A stretch of 20,000 nt of DNA from an uncultured virus (IMG/VR IMGVR_UViG_3300013382_000009) (Duplodnaviria; Heunggongvirae; Uroviricota; Caudoviricetes), in IMG/VR virus record IMGVR_UViG_3300013382_000009. One strand, written 5' to 3'. Made by a program: the position numbers and the translations under genes. The notes beneath the pieces are model-generated. The model was not told where the DNA came from and searched no databases. It worked only from the letters and a program-made list of their open reading frames with translations. Below, one piece after another: positions 1-7,867 of this stretch. Position 1 is the stretch's first letter, and the number at the start of each line of letters is the position of its first letter.

Positions 1-1091
1 TTGTTCTGCAATGCTTGAACTGCGGAATCTGATGCTGAAGTTCTAGAGCCATTTGCTGTAATGGTCTTTTCCCAAGTAGCAGAACTGCTTGTGATTCCAA
101 CCTGACACTGGGCTAGGTCTTGCAGCATCTTATCTATCTTATCTATCTTTGGGTTACCTTCAATTGCTAAGATTTTAGATGATGATGGACGTGAACTCCA
201 AGAAAAGCTGTTGTTATCTACAAATAACATAGTTAATGTAGCTGGCAATGTAGCTAAATCTCCAGTCACGTTGCTTTTTTGAAGATCAAGTACAGTTAGC
301 TTACTAAAATTATCAAAGGTATTAATGTTACCTGAAACATTATGTAATCTACAATTTACTAACTGCGTCAAGTTCTTCAAGTTGGCAATGTCTCCAGTCA
401 CTTGTGTGTTGTTTAAGCCTAAGGAGGTCAACTGCGTCAAGTTCTTCAAGTTGGCAATGTCTCCAGTCACTTGCGTGTTGTTTAAGCCTAAGGAGGTCAA
501 CTGCGTCAAGTTCTTCAAGTTGGCAATGTCTCCAGTCACTTGCGTGTTGTTTAAGCCTAAGGAGGTCAACTGCGTCAAGTTCTTCAAGTTGGCAATGTCT
601 CCAGTCACTTGTGTGTTGTTTAAGCCTAAGAAAGTCAACTGTGTCAAGTTCTTCAAGTTGGCAATGTCTCCAGTTGCTGATGAATTAGAGTTTATTAACT
701 GTAAAAATCCCGTAGAATACTTAAGTCCTTCCAAAGAAAAGTGCTTATTGCCATTGTCGTTCGTGGTATTTTTTACCCAATCATTTAGTTTAGAAAAAGA
801 ATACTTATCTAAAACACATATATCACAGTCTGCATTTGATACATATACAGAAGTTGATATATCTTTTAAGACTGTAAGAGTTTTACCTAAGTTTACACTT
901 AAGTTCTCATCTGTAAAGTAGGCATCACCAAGAATTTCTAGCTTAACATTTTTACTAAAGGTAAAATTCTCTCCTCGATTGGAAGTTGTGGGAGATGCAG
1001 ACTTGTCGAAATGAATACGAAACTCACCAATTCTAAGCAAGTCTGTGTTAGGTACTGTACCATTTAATTTTGTAACTAAGCATTTACTCAT
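1..1091 (-). CDS. Leucine-rich repeat protein (>363 aa, 3' end beyond the left edge)
   Basis: Not in the ORF track because no stop lies in the window. Manual translation from ATG 1091 gives MSKCLVTKLNGTVPNTDLLRIGEFRIHF...(LTQLTSLGLNNTQVTGDIANLKN)x~4.5...LTVLDLQKSNVTGDLATL...SDSAVQALQN, open to position 1. AGGAG lies at 1105-1101 upstream. The repeat fits LxxLxLxx(N/T)xV. Confidence 0.9.
   Translation of the reverse strand, partial: MSKCLVTKLNGTVPNTDLLRIGEFRIHFDKSASPTTSNRGENFTFSKNVKLEILGDAYFTDENLSVNLGKTLTVLKDISTSVYVSNADCDICVLDKYSFSKLNDWVKNTTNDNGNKHFSLEGLKYSTGFLQLINSNSSATGDIANLKNLTQLTFLGLNNTQVTGDIANLKNLTQLTSLGLNNTQVTGDIANLKNLTQLTSLGLNNTQVTGDIANLKNLTQLTSLGLNNTQVTGDIANLKNLTQLVNCRLHNVSGNINTFDNFSKLTVLDLQKSNVTGDLATLPATLTMLFVDNNSFSWSSRPSSSKILAIEGNPKIDKIDKMLQDLAQCQVGITSSSATWEKTITANGSRTSASDSAVQALQN
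361..674. repeat. 69-bp near-perfect coding tandem repeat, ~4.5 copies (23-aa LRR unit)
   Basis: Units start at 361, 430, 499, 568 and 637 (aactgcgtcaagttcttcaagttggcaatgtctccagtcacttg[t/c]gtgttgtttaagcctaaggaggtc) and differ by only a few substitutions. Confidence 0.97.
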
Positions 1092-1109
1092 AATTATAAT
1101 CTCCTATTA

Positions 1110-4100
1110 TTAATTTCTTGTATATTTATAAATTTTATCCATGTTGCCTATGCACTTCTCTATCCATTTTTCCGCTCTATATAGGCTGTCAGCATGTCTG
1201 TACTCCTTTATAGGGGAATAAATAGAGATGGCATGTGGTTGATTTGCATCCAATGACTTGGTAGGACTGATGCACTTGAACTTGTAATATCCCTGTACAG
1301 AGTTAAGTCCAAAGGAAACTACATCACCTACAGAGTAAGCATGACTGGCATCGAAAGTCTCAGAGGAATCTGTTTCAGCATTGCCTCTCTCATCCCTGAT
1401 GAGTTCCCAATATTCATCCCTGACAAGGCTATTTGAAATACAAGGTGAGTCAGACCATTTCTTGTATTCTTCCTTGTAGAAGTTTGTGCCTATCCTCATA
1501 GTCCAATCTCTCAGCTTACCACATATATTGTCAGCAGTTATGATGTCTGTATCTGCAAGTTCCTTGTATCTTGTATTTAATTCATCTGTGTAATAATTGC
1601 AGATATATCCTGTTGGTATATCAAAACTATGACCAAGCATGTGACTACTCAATGGCTCTGAGATTCTATCTCCCTTAAAGAAAGAACCAAAAGACTGGTC
1701 TAAGTCATAGGCATTGACCCACCATTTCTTGCCATCATAAGTAGTCCACTGCCAGTTCTTGCCAAAACCATCGCCATTATTTATTATATCCGAGAATATT
1801 TGATAGTCAATCCAATTGTCAACATCAAAATATGTCTCAAATACGTCCTTCAATGTCTTTAGGTCTTGCTCTGACTTGCTGGAAGCCTCATAAGTAGTTC
1901 GTGCTGCAATCAGTGAAGGCATAACCTCCGATAGGTCTTGGATGTATTTCTTGACTTTGGCTGTCATTTGCAGTGCTTTCTTAATCTTGGCTGATATTGA
2001 TGTTTCATCAGGAAGTTTTCCATTGGCTATCCATGTGTTTACTTCTTCCTCGCCTGCTATTTCCTCTTGCTTTATATCAGCATCATACTTGTTGCCTCCA
2101 ATTGCATAGAGTCCCTTGGGGTTGCGTATCTCAAAATCAGACCAAGATATTTTGTCTTTTCCATTGAAGAAGGTCGTTGTATTGAGTGTTCCATCAAGGT
2201 GCACATGTTCTGCTGTATCCTTATTCATGTGATAATTGTCACGGTGCTTCTTTAATTGGAAGGAGAATATACCATAGAACTCTCCTTCAAGGTACACTGC
2301 CACTGGGAAGCCATCAGGGAAACATCTTGCTCCTGTGTCTGTAAGAAGAGAGTAATCTCCTACGTATGGGTTGTCAAAGCTTTTGGTTGTGATGGCTATC
2401 TTTGACATATCAATCAAGGCTTTCTTCCAAGGTCTATCATACATGTTTCCCCTAGTGCGTACAATCTGGTCATAGAACTTATATGACACAGCTCCAACAC
2501 CACGGAAGAAGTCTGTATAGTATGCCTTCATGTGGAAGCTGTCTTGTGGAACCCATTCACCTATTCGAACCTTTGGAGTATCATCTCCAACCCATTCATC
2601 ATCACAAAGGTCAATGGCTACATTCTTCTTGACAAAGCCCATTGAGGAGCTACCTTGTGCATTGAGGATAGCGTGCTTCTTAAAGTAGTTGCCTTGCATA
2701 TCCCAAAACTCCAAGAAAGCCTTCTTGTTCTGCGTCTTTGTGGTAGGCATACTATCTATGTTGGTAATATTGATGATGGCAAAGCGAGGCTCTGGAATCT
2801 GAATGAAGCTGCTGTCACTCCAGTCAATAGGAGTTTTTACATCAAAACCATTTGCTTTAAGGGCATCTTGTATGTTGTTGACACTATTGCCTTGAAGGTT
2901 TAAATTGGAGACATTGAGTTTTTCAACTTGCATATTCTCCTCATGCTTCACTCCTTCTGAATCACGATAAGATAAGACCTTACTATCAGCATCAGTTGTT
3001 ATCTCTGTCCTACCTTCTTTGTCCTCAATGGTGGAGTGTGCCTCCGCAACATCAGAATTTATGAGAGATTTTCCATCCTCCTTGTCAACTTTTGCATCAA
3101 TGGTCTCAGACTTCATGTTGTAGGCATAGTGGCTACCATCTGGATTTGTGGTAGAAAGTACTCTACCGTCTGAATCAGTCTTAGCTGCAAGATACTCTGG
3201 GTTTTCTTGAAGTGAGAACACTGAAAGGAACTCTGAAATATTAGTTTCCAAAGTACTAACCTTGCCTTGAAGAGTTGTGATGTTATTGGTGTTTGTCTTT
3301 ATGCTATTATTGTGCCCATTCACTTTATCTTGCAGTGAAGCCAAATCTTCTTGGAGTTTTGAAACAACCTCTTTGAGAGCATTGACTGCATGAATCTCAC
3401 CAATAATTTCTCCATCTCTTCTGATACCCAACAATACATGGTTCTCTGCATCAAGCCAGACAATATAGAACTCCTCATTTTGCTCCACATGGTACATTTC
3501 ATTGAGAGGTAAGTATGGCTTGCCTGTCTTTCTGTAGATACCAAAGAGAAGCCTGCCCTCGCTATCTGTGATGGCTTTGATAAACTCTTTGTTCTCTATT
3601 ACTTTGAAGTATTTATCTACTGGTGTCTTGAGGGCATTCTTATTGATAAACAAGCCTTTGACTATAGCTTTCTCGACAGTAGCCATTCCTTCAATCTGAT
3701 AATGACCTTGAACAAAGTTGAAAGTATACTTTCGTAAATCAATACAAGCAAATAATTGATAATTCTTAGCTATTGTAATTATTGTATTTGCAAAGTTATC
3801 AGACAGGACACTTGGTATAACTACAATGATGTTTGTATTTGGGTATAAGCGTTGAACTTTTCTAATCATCAAATCATAGGAGTCAGAAAATTCATTGACG
3901 TTGAGTTTATCCTCTGAAACATCAAAATGCAACTCACCAACAGAAACCCCTCTAAAATAATCATTTGTACCACCATGTATGATGATATAGTCTGGGTCTC
4001 CTAGGTTTTCGGCTCTTTGTACAAATGAACTAGTTTCTGTACCACTTATCTTTGAACCAGAGAAAGAATTATTAATCTCTAGCTTGGCATTGCACGCTAC

Positions 4101-4973
4101 AATCAGTCTCATCCACCATGTCTGCTCTACAGAGATAACATCATTAGTGTCATTTGGATAGAATGTAGCATTTCCAGTTGGAATATAGTCCTTGAACGTA
4201 GAAAGACTATCTCCTAAAATTGAAATGGTCTTTCCATCTAAATTAACATCAAAGTGTTCTTGTATTGTTGATATATTAGCATTAACTGCATTGATAGAAT
4301 TAGACAGCTCTTTCTTGGCTGCATTGAGGGCTTCAGTGAGGTCTGTCTTGTCTTGCTTTGACTGATTAATTATCTCTTGCAACTTGGTTCTGATAGGTGC
4401 AGGAATGCCCTTGCTCCACTCAATAGAACCATCAAGCTGAATACCAAAAAGTACGTGGTCTTTTGCATCAACAATGAGTTTGAGGAACTCTGGAGACTCT
4501 ATCTCTCGGAAAGGCAAGGCAAACTGGGAGACTACCTTGTCTTCTGCATCACCTAACTCTTGGGCAATGTTCTCCTTGTCAAACTTCTTGGCAAGAGCTT
4601 CATCCATGTCAGACTTGTTAGCTTTCTTGGCTATCTCTGCATCTTGCTCTGTGTTCTTGGAGTTGACCGTGGAAGCATCTGCCTTAGTTGCAATGGTAGC
4701 ATCCTGAGACTTGTTCTTTGCAGCAAGCTCATCAATGGCTGACTGGGCATTAACTGCTGTCATGCCACTGGTCTCATTGTTGTATGAGACAGCATTGGCT
4801 GTAGAGGCACCAGATCTTGTGGAGATGTCCTTGATGGACTGCTCTAGTTGATGGGTCTTGTCGCCAATCTGCTGCAAGTCCTCTTGGTCTCCATCAAGAT
4901 ATACTTGCTTGGCTGAGGCTATCTTGCCTTTCTTGGTGGCAGCATTTATTTCGTCTGTTAAATTTATTGCCAT
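1110..4973 (-). CDS. Large multidomain tail/fibre-associated protein: coiled coils + SGNH/GDSL hydrolase domain + CotH-kinase-like C-terminal domain
   Basis: 1287-aa ORF. SGNH motifs are ISILGDSLS, SFSGSKI, HGGTND and QGHY. CotH-like motifs are QGSSS..KKN, GEFYGIFSF, IDYQIFSDIINNGDGFGKNW and AYDLDQSFG. It has heptad stretches and lies at the distal end of the structural operon. Confidence 0.75.
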   Translation of the reverse strand: MAINLTDEINAATKKGKIASAKQVYLDGDQEDLQQIGDKTHQLEQSIKDISTRSGASTANAVSYNNETSGMTAVNAQSAIDELAAKNKSQDATIATKADASTVNSKNTEQDAEIAKKANKSDMDEALAKKFDKENIAQELGDAEDKVVSQFALPFREIESPEFLKLIVDAKDHVLFGIQLDGSIEWSKGIPAPIRTKLQEIINQSKQDKTDLTEALNAAKKELSNSINAVNANISTIQEHFDVNLDGKTISILGDSLSTFKDYIPTGNATFYPNDTNDVISVEQTWWMRLIVACNAKLEINNSFSGSKISGTETSSFVQRAENLGDPDYIIIHGGTNDYFRGVSVGELHFDVSEDKLNVNEFSDSYDLMIRKVQRLYPNTNIIVVIPSVLSDNFANTIITIAKNYQLFACIDLRKYTFNFVQGHYQIEGMATVEKAIVKGLFINKNALKTPVDKYFKVIENKEFIKAITDSEGRLLFGIYRKTGKPYLPLNEMYHVEQNEEFYIVWLDAENHVLLGIRRDGEIIGEIHAVNALKEVVSKLQEDLASLQDKVNGHNNSIKTNTNNITTLQGKVSTLETNISEFLSVFSLQENPEYLAAKTDSDGRVLSTTNPDGSHYAYNMKSETIDAKVDKEDGKSLINSDVAEAHSTIEDKEGRTEITTDADSKVLSYRDSEGVKHEENMQVEKLNVSNLNLQGNSVNNIQDALKANGFDVKTPIDWSDSSFIQIPEPRFAIINITNIDSMPTTKTQNKKAFLEFWDMQGNYFKKHAILNAQGSSSMGFVKKNVAIDLCDDEWVGDDTPKVRIGEWVPQDSFHMKAYYTDFFRGVGAVSYKFYDQIVRTRGNMYDRPWKKALIDMSKIAITTKSFDNPYVGDYSLLTDTGARCFPDGFPVAVYLEGEFYGIFSFQLKKHRDNYHMNKDTAEHVHLDGTLNTTTFFNGKDKISWSDFEIRNPKGLYAIGGNKYDADIKQEEIAGEEEVNTWIANGKLPDETSISAKIKKALQMTAKVKKYIQDLSEVMPSLIAARTTYEASSKSEQDLKTLKDVFETYFDVDNWIDYQIFSDIINNGDGFGKNWQWTTYDGKKWWVNAYDLDQSFGSFFKGDRISEPLSSHMLGHSFDIPTGYICNYYTDELNTRYKELADTDIITADNICGKLRDWTMRIGTNFYKEEYKKWSDSPCISNSLVRDEYWELIRDERGNAETDSSETFDASHAYSVGDVVSFGLNSVQGYYKFKCISPTKSLDANQPHAISIYSPIKEYRHADSLYRAEKWIEKCIGNMDKIYKYTRN

Positions 4974-4985
4974 ATTGTTATTGTT

Positions 4986-6353
4986 TTACGATATTACTAA
5001 ATTCCATGTGTTTGCAGTGAGAGGATTGATGGTTCTGTATGCCTTGAAGCTGCCTAGGCTATTGGTAATAGTCTGAGGAGATGCAAGGGTTACATCAAAT
5101 CCTGCACTGGTCACTCTACTTATTGTGAGGTAGCTTGGTACTACTAGCCAGATGTAATCATTATCCTTGGTTGTTACCTTTGGATTGAATGATACTCCTG
5201 TAGTTGAGACCTTGGTGAGAGAGGATAGCAGCTCTGCGGTCATGGAGGACGCTGAGTAACCACCATAATAGCAGAGGTAGCGAGTGAGAGAAGTGTTCTT
5301 GCTGGTTCGTCCTTTCTTGGTAACCTTAAAATTAAAGACCTCTCTTGCGCCTTTTATTTCAGTTACAAAAGAGCCATTTGCAACTGGTGTGCTAGCAAGA
5401 ACTCCTTCAACAGAATCATCATTGATACGCTTTGATACAGATAATGTATCTGGCATGAAAGGCTTGCCATCGCTGCTTACCGAATACTTGACCTCTGTCT
5501 GCATCTTTGAAACGTCTTGGTTTACGGTCAGACCTAACGTGATAGGATAGACGGTATCGTTCAGCTTGGCTAGGCTCTGGTCGATGTCCTGAATCATTTC
5601 CACCATATCATCGGGAAGACCTGTAGCAGCCTCAACTGTCTTGCGAAGCTCTGGGTCTAACTTATCTTTGGTCAGCGTATCGGGGGCTATCTTGTCGTTG
5701 GTTACTGAGCCGTCCTTGATGTTGTCGGTCGATACGGAATCGGGGGATAGTTTAGCGTTGGTGACGCTGCCATCCTTGATTTGCTCTGTATCTACTGATT
5801 CGTCTGCCATCTTATCCTTGGTAATGGATTGTCTCGCTACCTTGTCTGTGGTAACACTCTCGTTGGCTAGATGCTTGGTCTCCACGTTTGCCTCTCTGAG
5901 GACACGACTGTCAACTGACTGGTCGCCCAACTTTTCGTTGGTGATAGCTTTCTCCTCCACCTTCTCGGTTGTTACGGCTCGGTCGTTCAGTTTCTCGGTG
6001 ATAACTGATTTGTCCTTTAACTTGTCGTAGGTGACAGATGAAGGAGACAACTTGGAGTTATCTACCGATTGGTCGGCAAGTTTCTCGGTGGTGACGTTTT
6101 GGTCAGCAATCTTGGAAGTAACTACCGATGACTCGGCTAGCTTTTCGGTCGTCACGTTACCGTCTGCTATCTTTGGGGTCTTGATCGCTCCATCGGGTAG
6201 TTTGTCGGTACTTACTGCACCATCCGCCAACTTCTCGGTCGTAACATTGCCGTCACGAATCTTGACGGTGGTGATAGCTTGGTCGTTGATGTCGTCTGTC
6301 TTCGTCATCGGCACCTTGCTACCTGGTTTAATATCGTCTCTAAATGTAGGCAT
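4986..6353 (-). CDS. Putative tail fibre/shaft protein with 10-aa repeats
   Basis: 455-aa ORF with ~21 repeats of the (V/I)TTEK(L/I)ADx(S/A/N) type in the N-terminal half, followed by beta-rich C-terminal domains. Confidence 0.7.
   Translation of the reverse strand: MPTFRDDIKPGSKVPMTKTDDINDQAITTVKIRDGNVTTEKLADGAVSTDKLPDGAIKTPKIADGNVTTEKLAESSVVTSKIADQNVTTEKLADQSVDNSKLSPSSVTYDKLKDKSVITEKLNDRAVTTEKVEEKAITNEKLGDQSVDSRVLREANVETKHLANESVTTDKVARQSITKDKMADESVDTEQIKDGSVTNAKLSPDSVSTDNIKDGSVTNDKIAPDTLTKDKLDPELRKTVEAATGLPDDMVEMIQDIDQSLAKLNDTVYPITLGLTVNQDVSKMQTEVKYSVSSDGKPFMPDTLSVSKRINDDSVEGVLASTPVANGSFVTEIKGAREVFNFKVTKKGRTSKNTSLTRYLCYYGGYSASSMTAELLSSLTKVSTTGVSFNPKVTTKDNDYIWLVVPSYLTISRVTSAGFDVTLASPQTITNSLGSFKAYRTINPLTANTWNLVIS
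5655..6300 (-). repeat. Degenerate 30-bp coding repeat array (~21 units, [14 protein letters not shown]); boundaries approximate
   Basis: Period-10 pattern in the translation: [50 protein letters not shown]... Confidence 0.85.
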
Positions 6354-6618
6354 ATTTGATTTCTTTTGGTTGTGAAGAGGTGAATAACTGAATCTTTATG
6401 GTCTCTGGCATTACACGGATGCGAAGCTTGAACTCGGTCGTGTTCTTGTGTGGACAGAGGGGAGCCTTGGGCTTTCTGCCATCGCCACAATCTTGGCGAA
6501 TGACAAGCTTGCCTGGAGTTTGCAAGGTAACCATCAGATAGATGTCACGATGCAAGGTAATCTCTGGAGATACCCATGCAAGCTCTTCCTCGCTATAGTT
6601 GGTTGATACATACTCCAT
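6340..6618 (-). CDS. Hypothetical phage structural-region protein (92 aa)
   Basis: Tightly packed ORF, 9 nt after the upstream stop and overlapping the downstream start, with an A-rich start context. Confidence 0.75.
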   Translation of the reverse strand: MEYVSTNYSEEELAWVSPEITLHRDIYLMVTLQTPGKLVIRQDCGDGRKPKAPLCPHKNTTEFKLRIRVMPETIKIQLFTSSQPKEIKYAYI

Positions 6619-6627
6619 ACTACTTTA

Positions 6628-7365
6628 TTACTTTGAGGTTTGACTTACGCCCAGCTGCTGCAAGGCAATCGTGTACATCTGGCTAGCCTTGGTATCATTG
6701 TAGGCAGAGAGCAACAGGAAGGCGAGATAATGGATGAATGCGCCCTTGAAGGTGTCGGAGATTTCCACCGTCTTCTCCTCACCGTCAGATGTTGTGAGGT
6801 CGGTCGGCACTCCCACGTAGGAAATGGTAACGGAACCATCGTCTGATGGCTTTGGCTGAATGAGCACTTTGAGCGGATTGACTCGCATGATGGCTGCTAG
6901 CGGTCTATCGAAAGTTCCCTTGGCAGTATCATCGAACATCATCAAGGCTTCATCGTCTGTATCTTCCACTGGCACTACTGCCTTGTGCCATCCCTTGCCT
7001 CGAACACGATTGATATTGAAAACAGAAACGCTCTCTGGCATTGTGATAACCCCTATATCCTCGCTATCCTCGTAAGATTCCACCTGTATGGTTGTGGTGG
7101 TAGATGCTGTAGATGAAACGCTCTCCTTCTTGGATTCCGTGGAAGAATCCTCGTTCTTCTTGGTTGTCGTGGTAGAACCAGAGAGTGCGGAAGAAGATGT
7201 GGCGGTGATGGCTATCCAATGCAGAGCATCTGGAATGTTCGCCTCTATGATATTGTCCATATAGGAATCGTCCTTCTCATCCGTGACTTCTGCCAAGTCC
7301 GAGATATTGTTGGATTCCTCGTCTATGCGCCAACGCACTTCCTTTATGATGTCAGACACTTTCAT
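6628..7365 (-). CDS. Putative head-tail adaptor/head-completion protein (245 aa)
   Basis: N-terminal MKVSDIIKEVRWRIDE helix and C-terminal ISYVGVP..EISDTFKGAFIHYLAFLLL resemble podovirus adaptor-type proteins. Located downstream of the capsid gene. Confidence 0.55.
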   Translation of the reverse strand: MKVSDIIKEVRWRIDEESNNISDLAEVTDEKDDSYMDNIIEANIPDALHWIAITATSSSALSGSTTTTKKNEDSSTESKKESVSSTASTTTTIQVESYEDSEDIGVITMPESVSVFNINRVRGKGWHKAVVPVEDTDDEALMMFDDTAKGTFDRPLAAIMRVNPLKVLIQPKPSDDGSVTISYVGVPTDLTTSDGEEKTVEISDTFKGAFIHYLAFLLLSAYNDTKASQMYTIALQQLGVSQTSK

Positions 7366-7386
7366 TTCACCTTATTATATATATTG

Positions 7387-7797
7387 TTACTCGTTGTAGT
7401 CTGGGAAGATGATTCCCGACTTTGAAGCTTGGTTCATCGCCTTGGCAAGCGTTCTGTAATCCTTACCGAAACGCTCGTTGACGTAAGCAATAACATCAGC
7501 GGCGGTACGGATATTCTTTACCTCCTCGGTTGGCTCCTGCTTCTTCTCGGTCGGCGTATCATCCACTACATCGGATGGCTCGGTGATGGAGCTAACCAAT
7601 GAGACCAAACCTTGCTTGCACAGTTCGCTGCTTTCGAGCAAGTCCTGATAAAACTTATTTTTCAAGATAAGCTCTGGCTTACGCTTGGTTACTACATTTC
7701 CTCGCTCGAAGTTGAAACGAACCGTCAAGCCATTCTTTCCTTGAAGAATATGACTTACCGTATTTCGGTTGGCGTTGTATCTATATGTTTTAATCAT
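7387..7797 (-). CDS. Hypothetical protein downstream of capsid (136 aa)
   Basis: Co-oriented ORF that fills the gap. It appears to have two small domains joined by an acidic linker. Confidence 0.8.
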   Translation of the reverse strand: MIKTYRYNANRNTVSHILQGKNGLTVRFNFERGNVVTKRKPELILKNKFYQDLLESSELCKQGLVSLVSSITEPSDVVDDTPTEKKQEPTEEVKNIRTAADVIAYVNERFGKDYRTLAKAMNQASKSGIIFPDYNE

Positions 7798-7819
7798 TTT
7801 GCTAAATCTTTATTTGGAG

Positions 7820-7853
7820 CAACAAGGAACTAGGGGTTGGCTAGTCCTTGTTG
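7820..7853 (-). terminator. Stem-loop immediately after the capsid gene (weak terminator or mRNA-stabilising hairpin)
   Basis: caacaagga(a)ctag-gggttgg-ctagtccttgttg forms a 13-bp stem with one bulge. There is no U-tract on the coding (minus) strand. Confidence 0.5.
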
Positions 7854-7867
7854 TTTGATATATATAA

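Noticed and set aside
127..150. Short atctt/atct tandem repeat
   Set aside because: It simply encodes KIDKIDK in the LRR protein and is too short to infer a function.
361..674. Possible CRISPR array
   Set aside because: Units are contiguous and near-identical with no unique spacers. The period of 69 is a multiple of 3 and encodes LRRs.
361..674. Possible DGR template/variable repeat pair
   Set aside because: The repeats are tandem, in-frame and mostly synonymous in their differences. No separate non-coding template repeat or reverse transcriptase is in the window.
325..921. Plus-strand ORFs 325-921 and 404-688 with repeated Cys-rich or Ser-rich peptides
   Set aside because: They are antisense shadows of the minus-strand LRR gene, which has an RBS, operon context and a recognisable repeat consensus.
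5641..6375. Plus-strand ORFs 5641-6030 and 6031-6375, and other long antisense ORFs (8009-8776, 13461-14021, 15524-16171, 18414-18902)
   Set aside because: They lie entirely opposite well-supported genes, show no recognisable motifs and are expected from codon bias.
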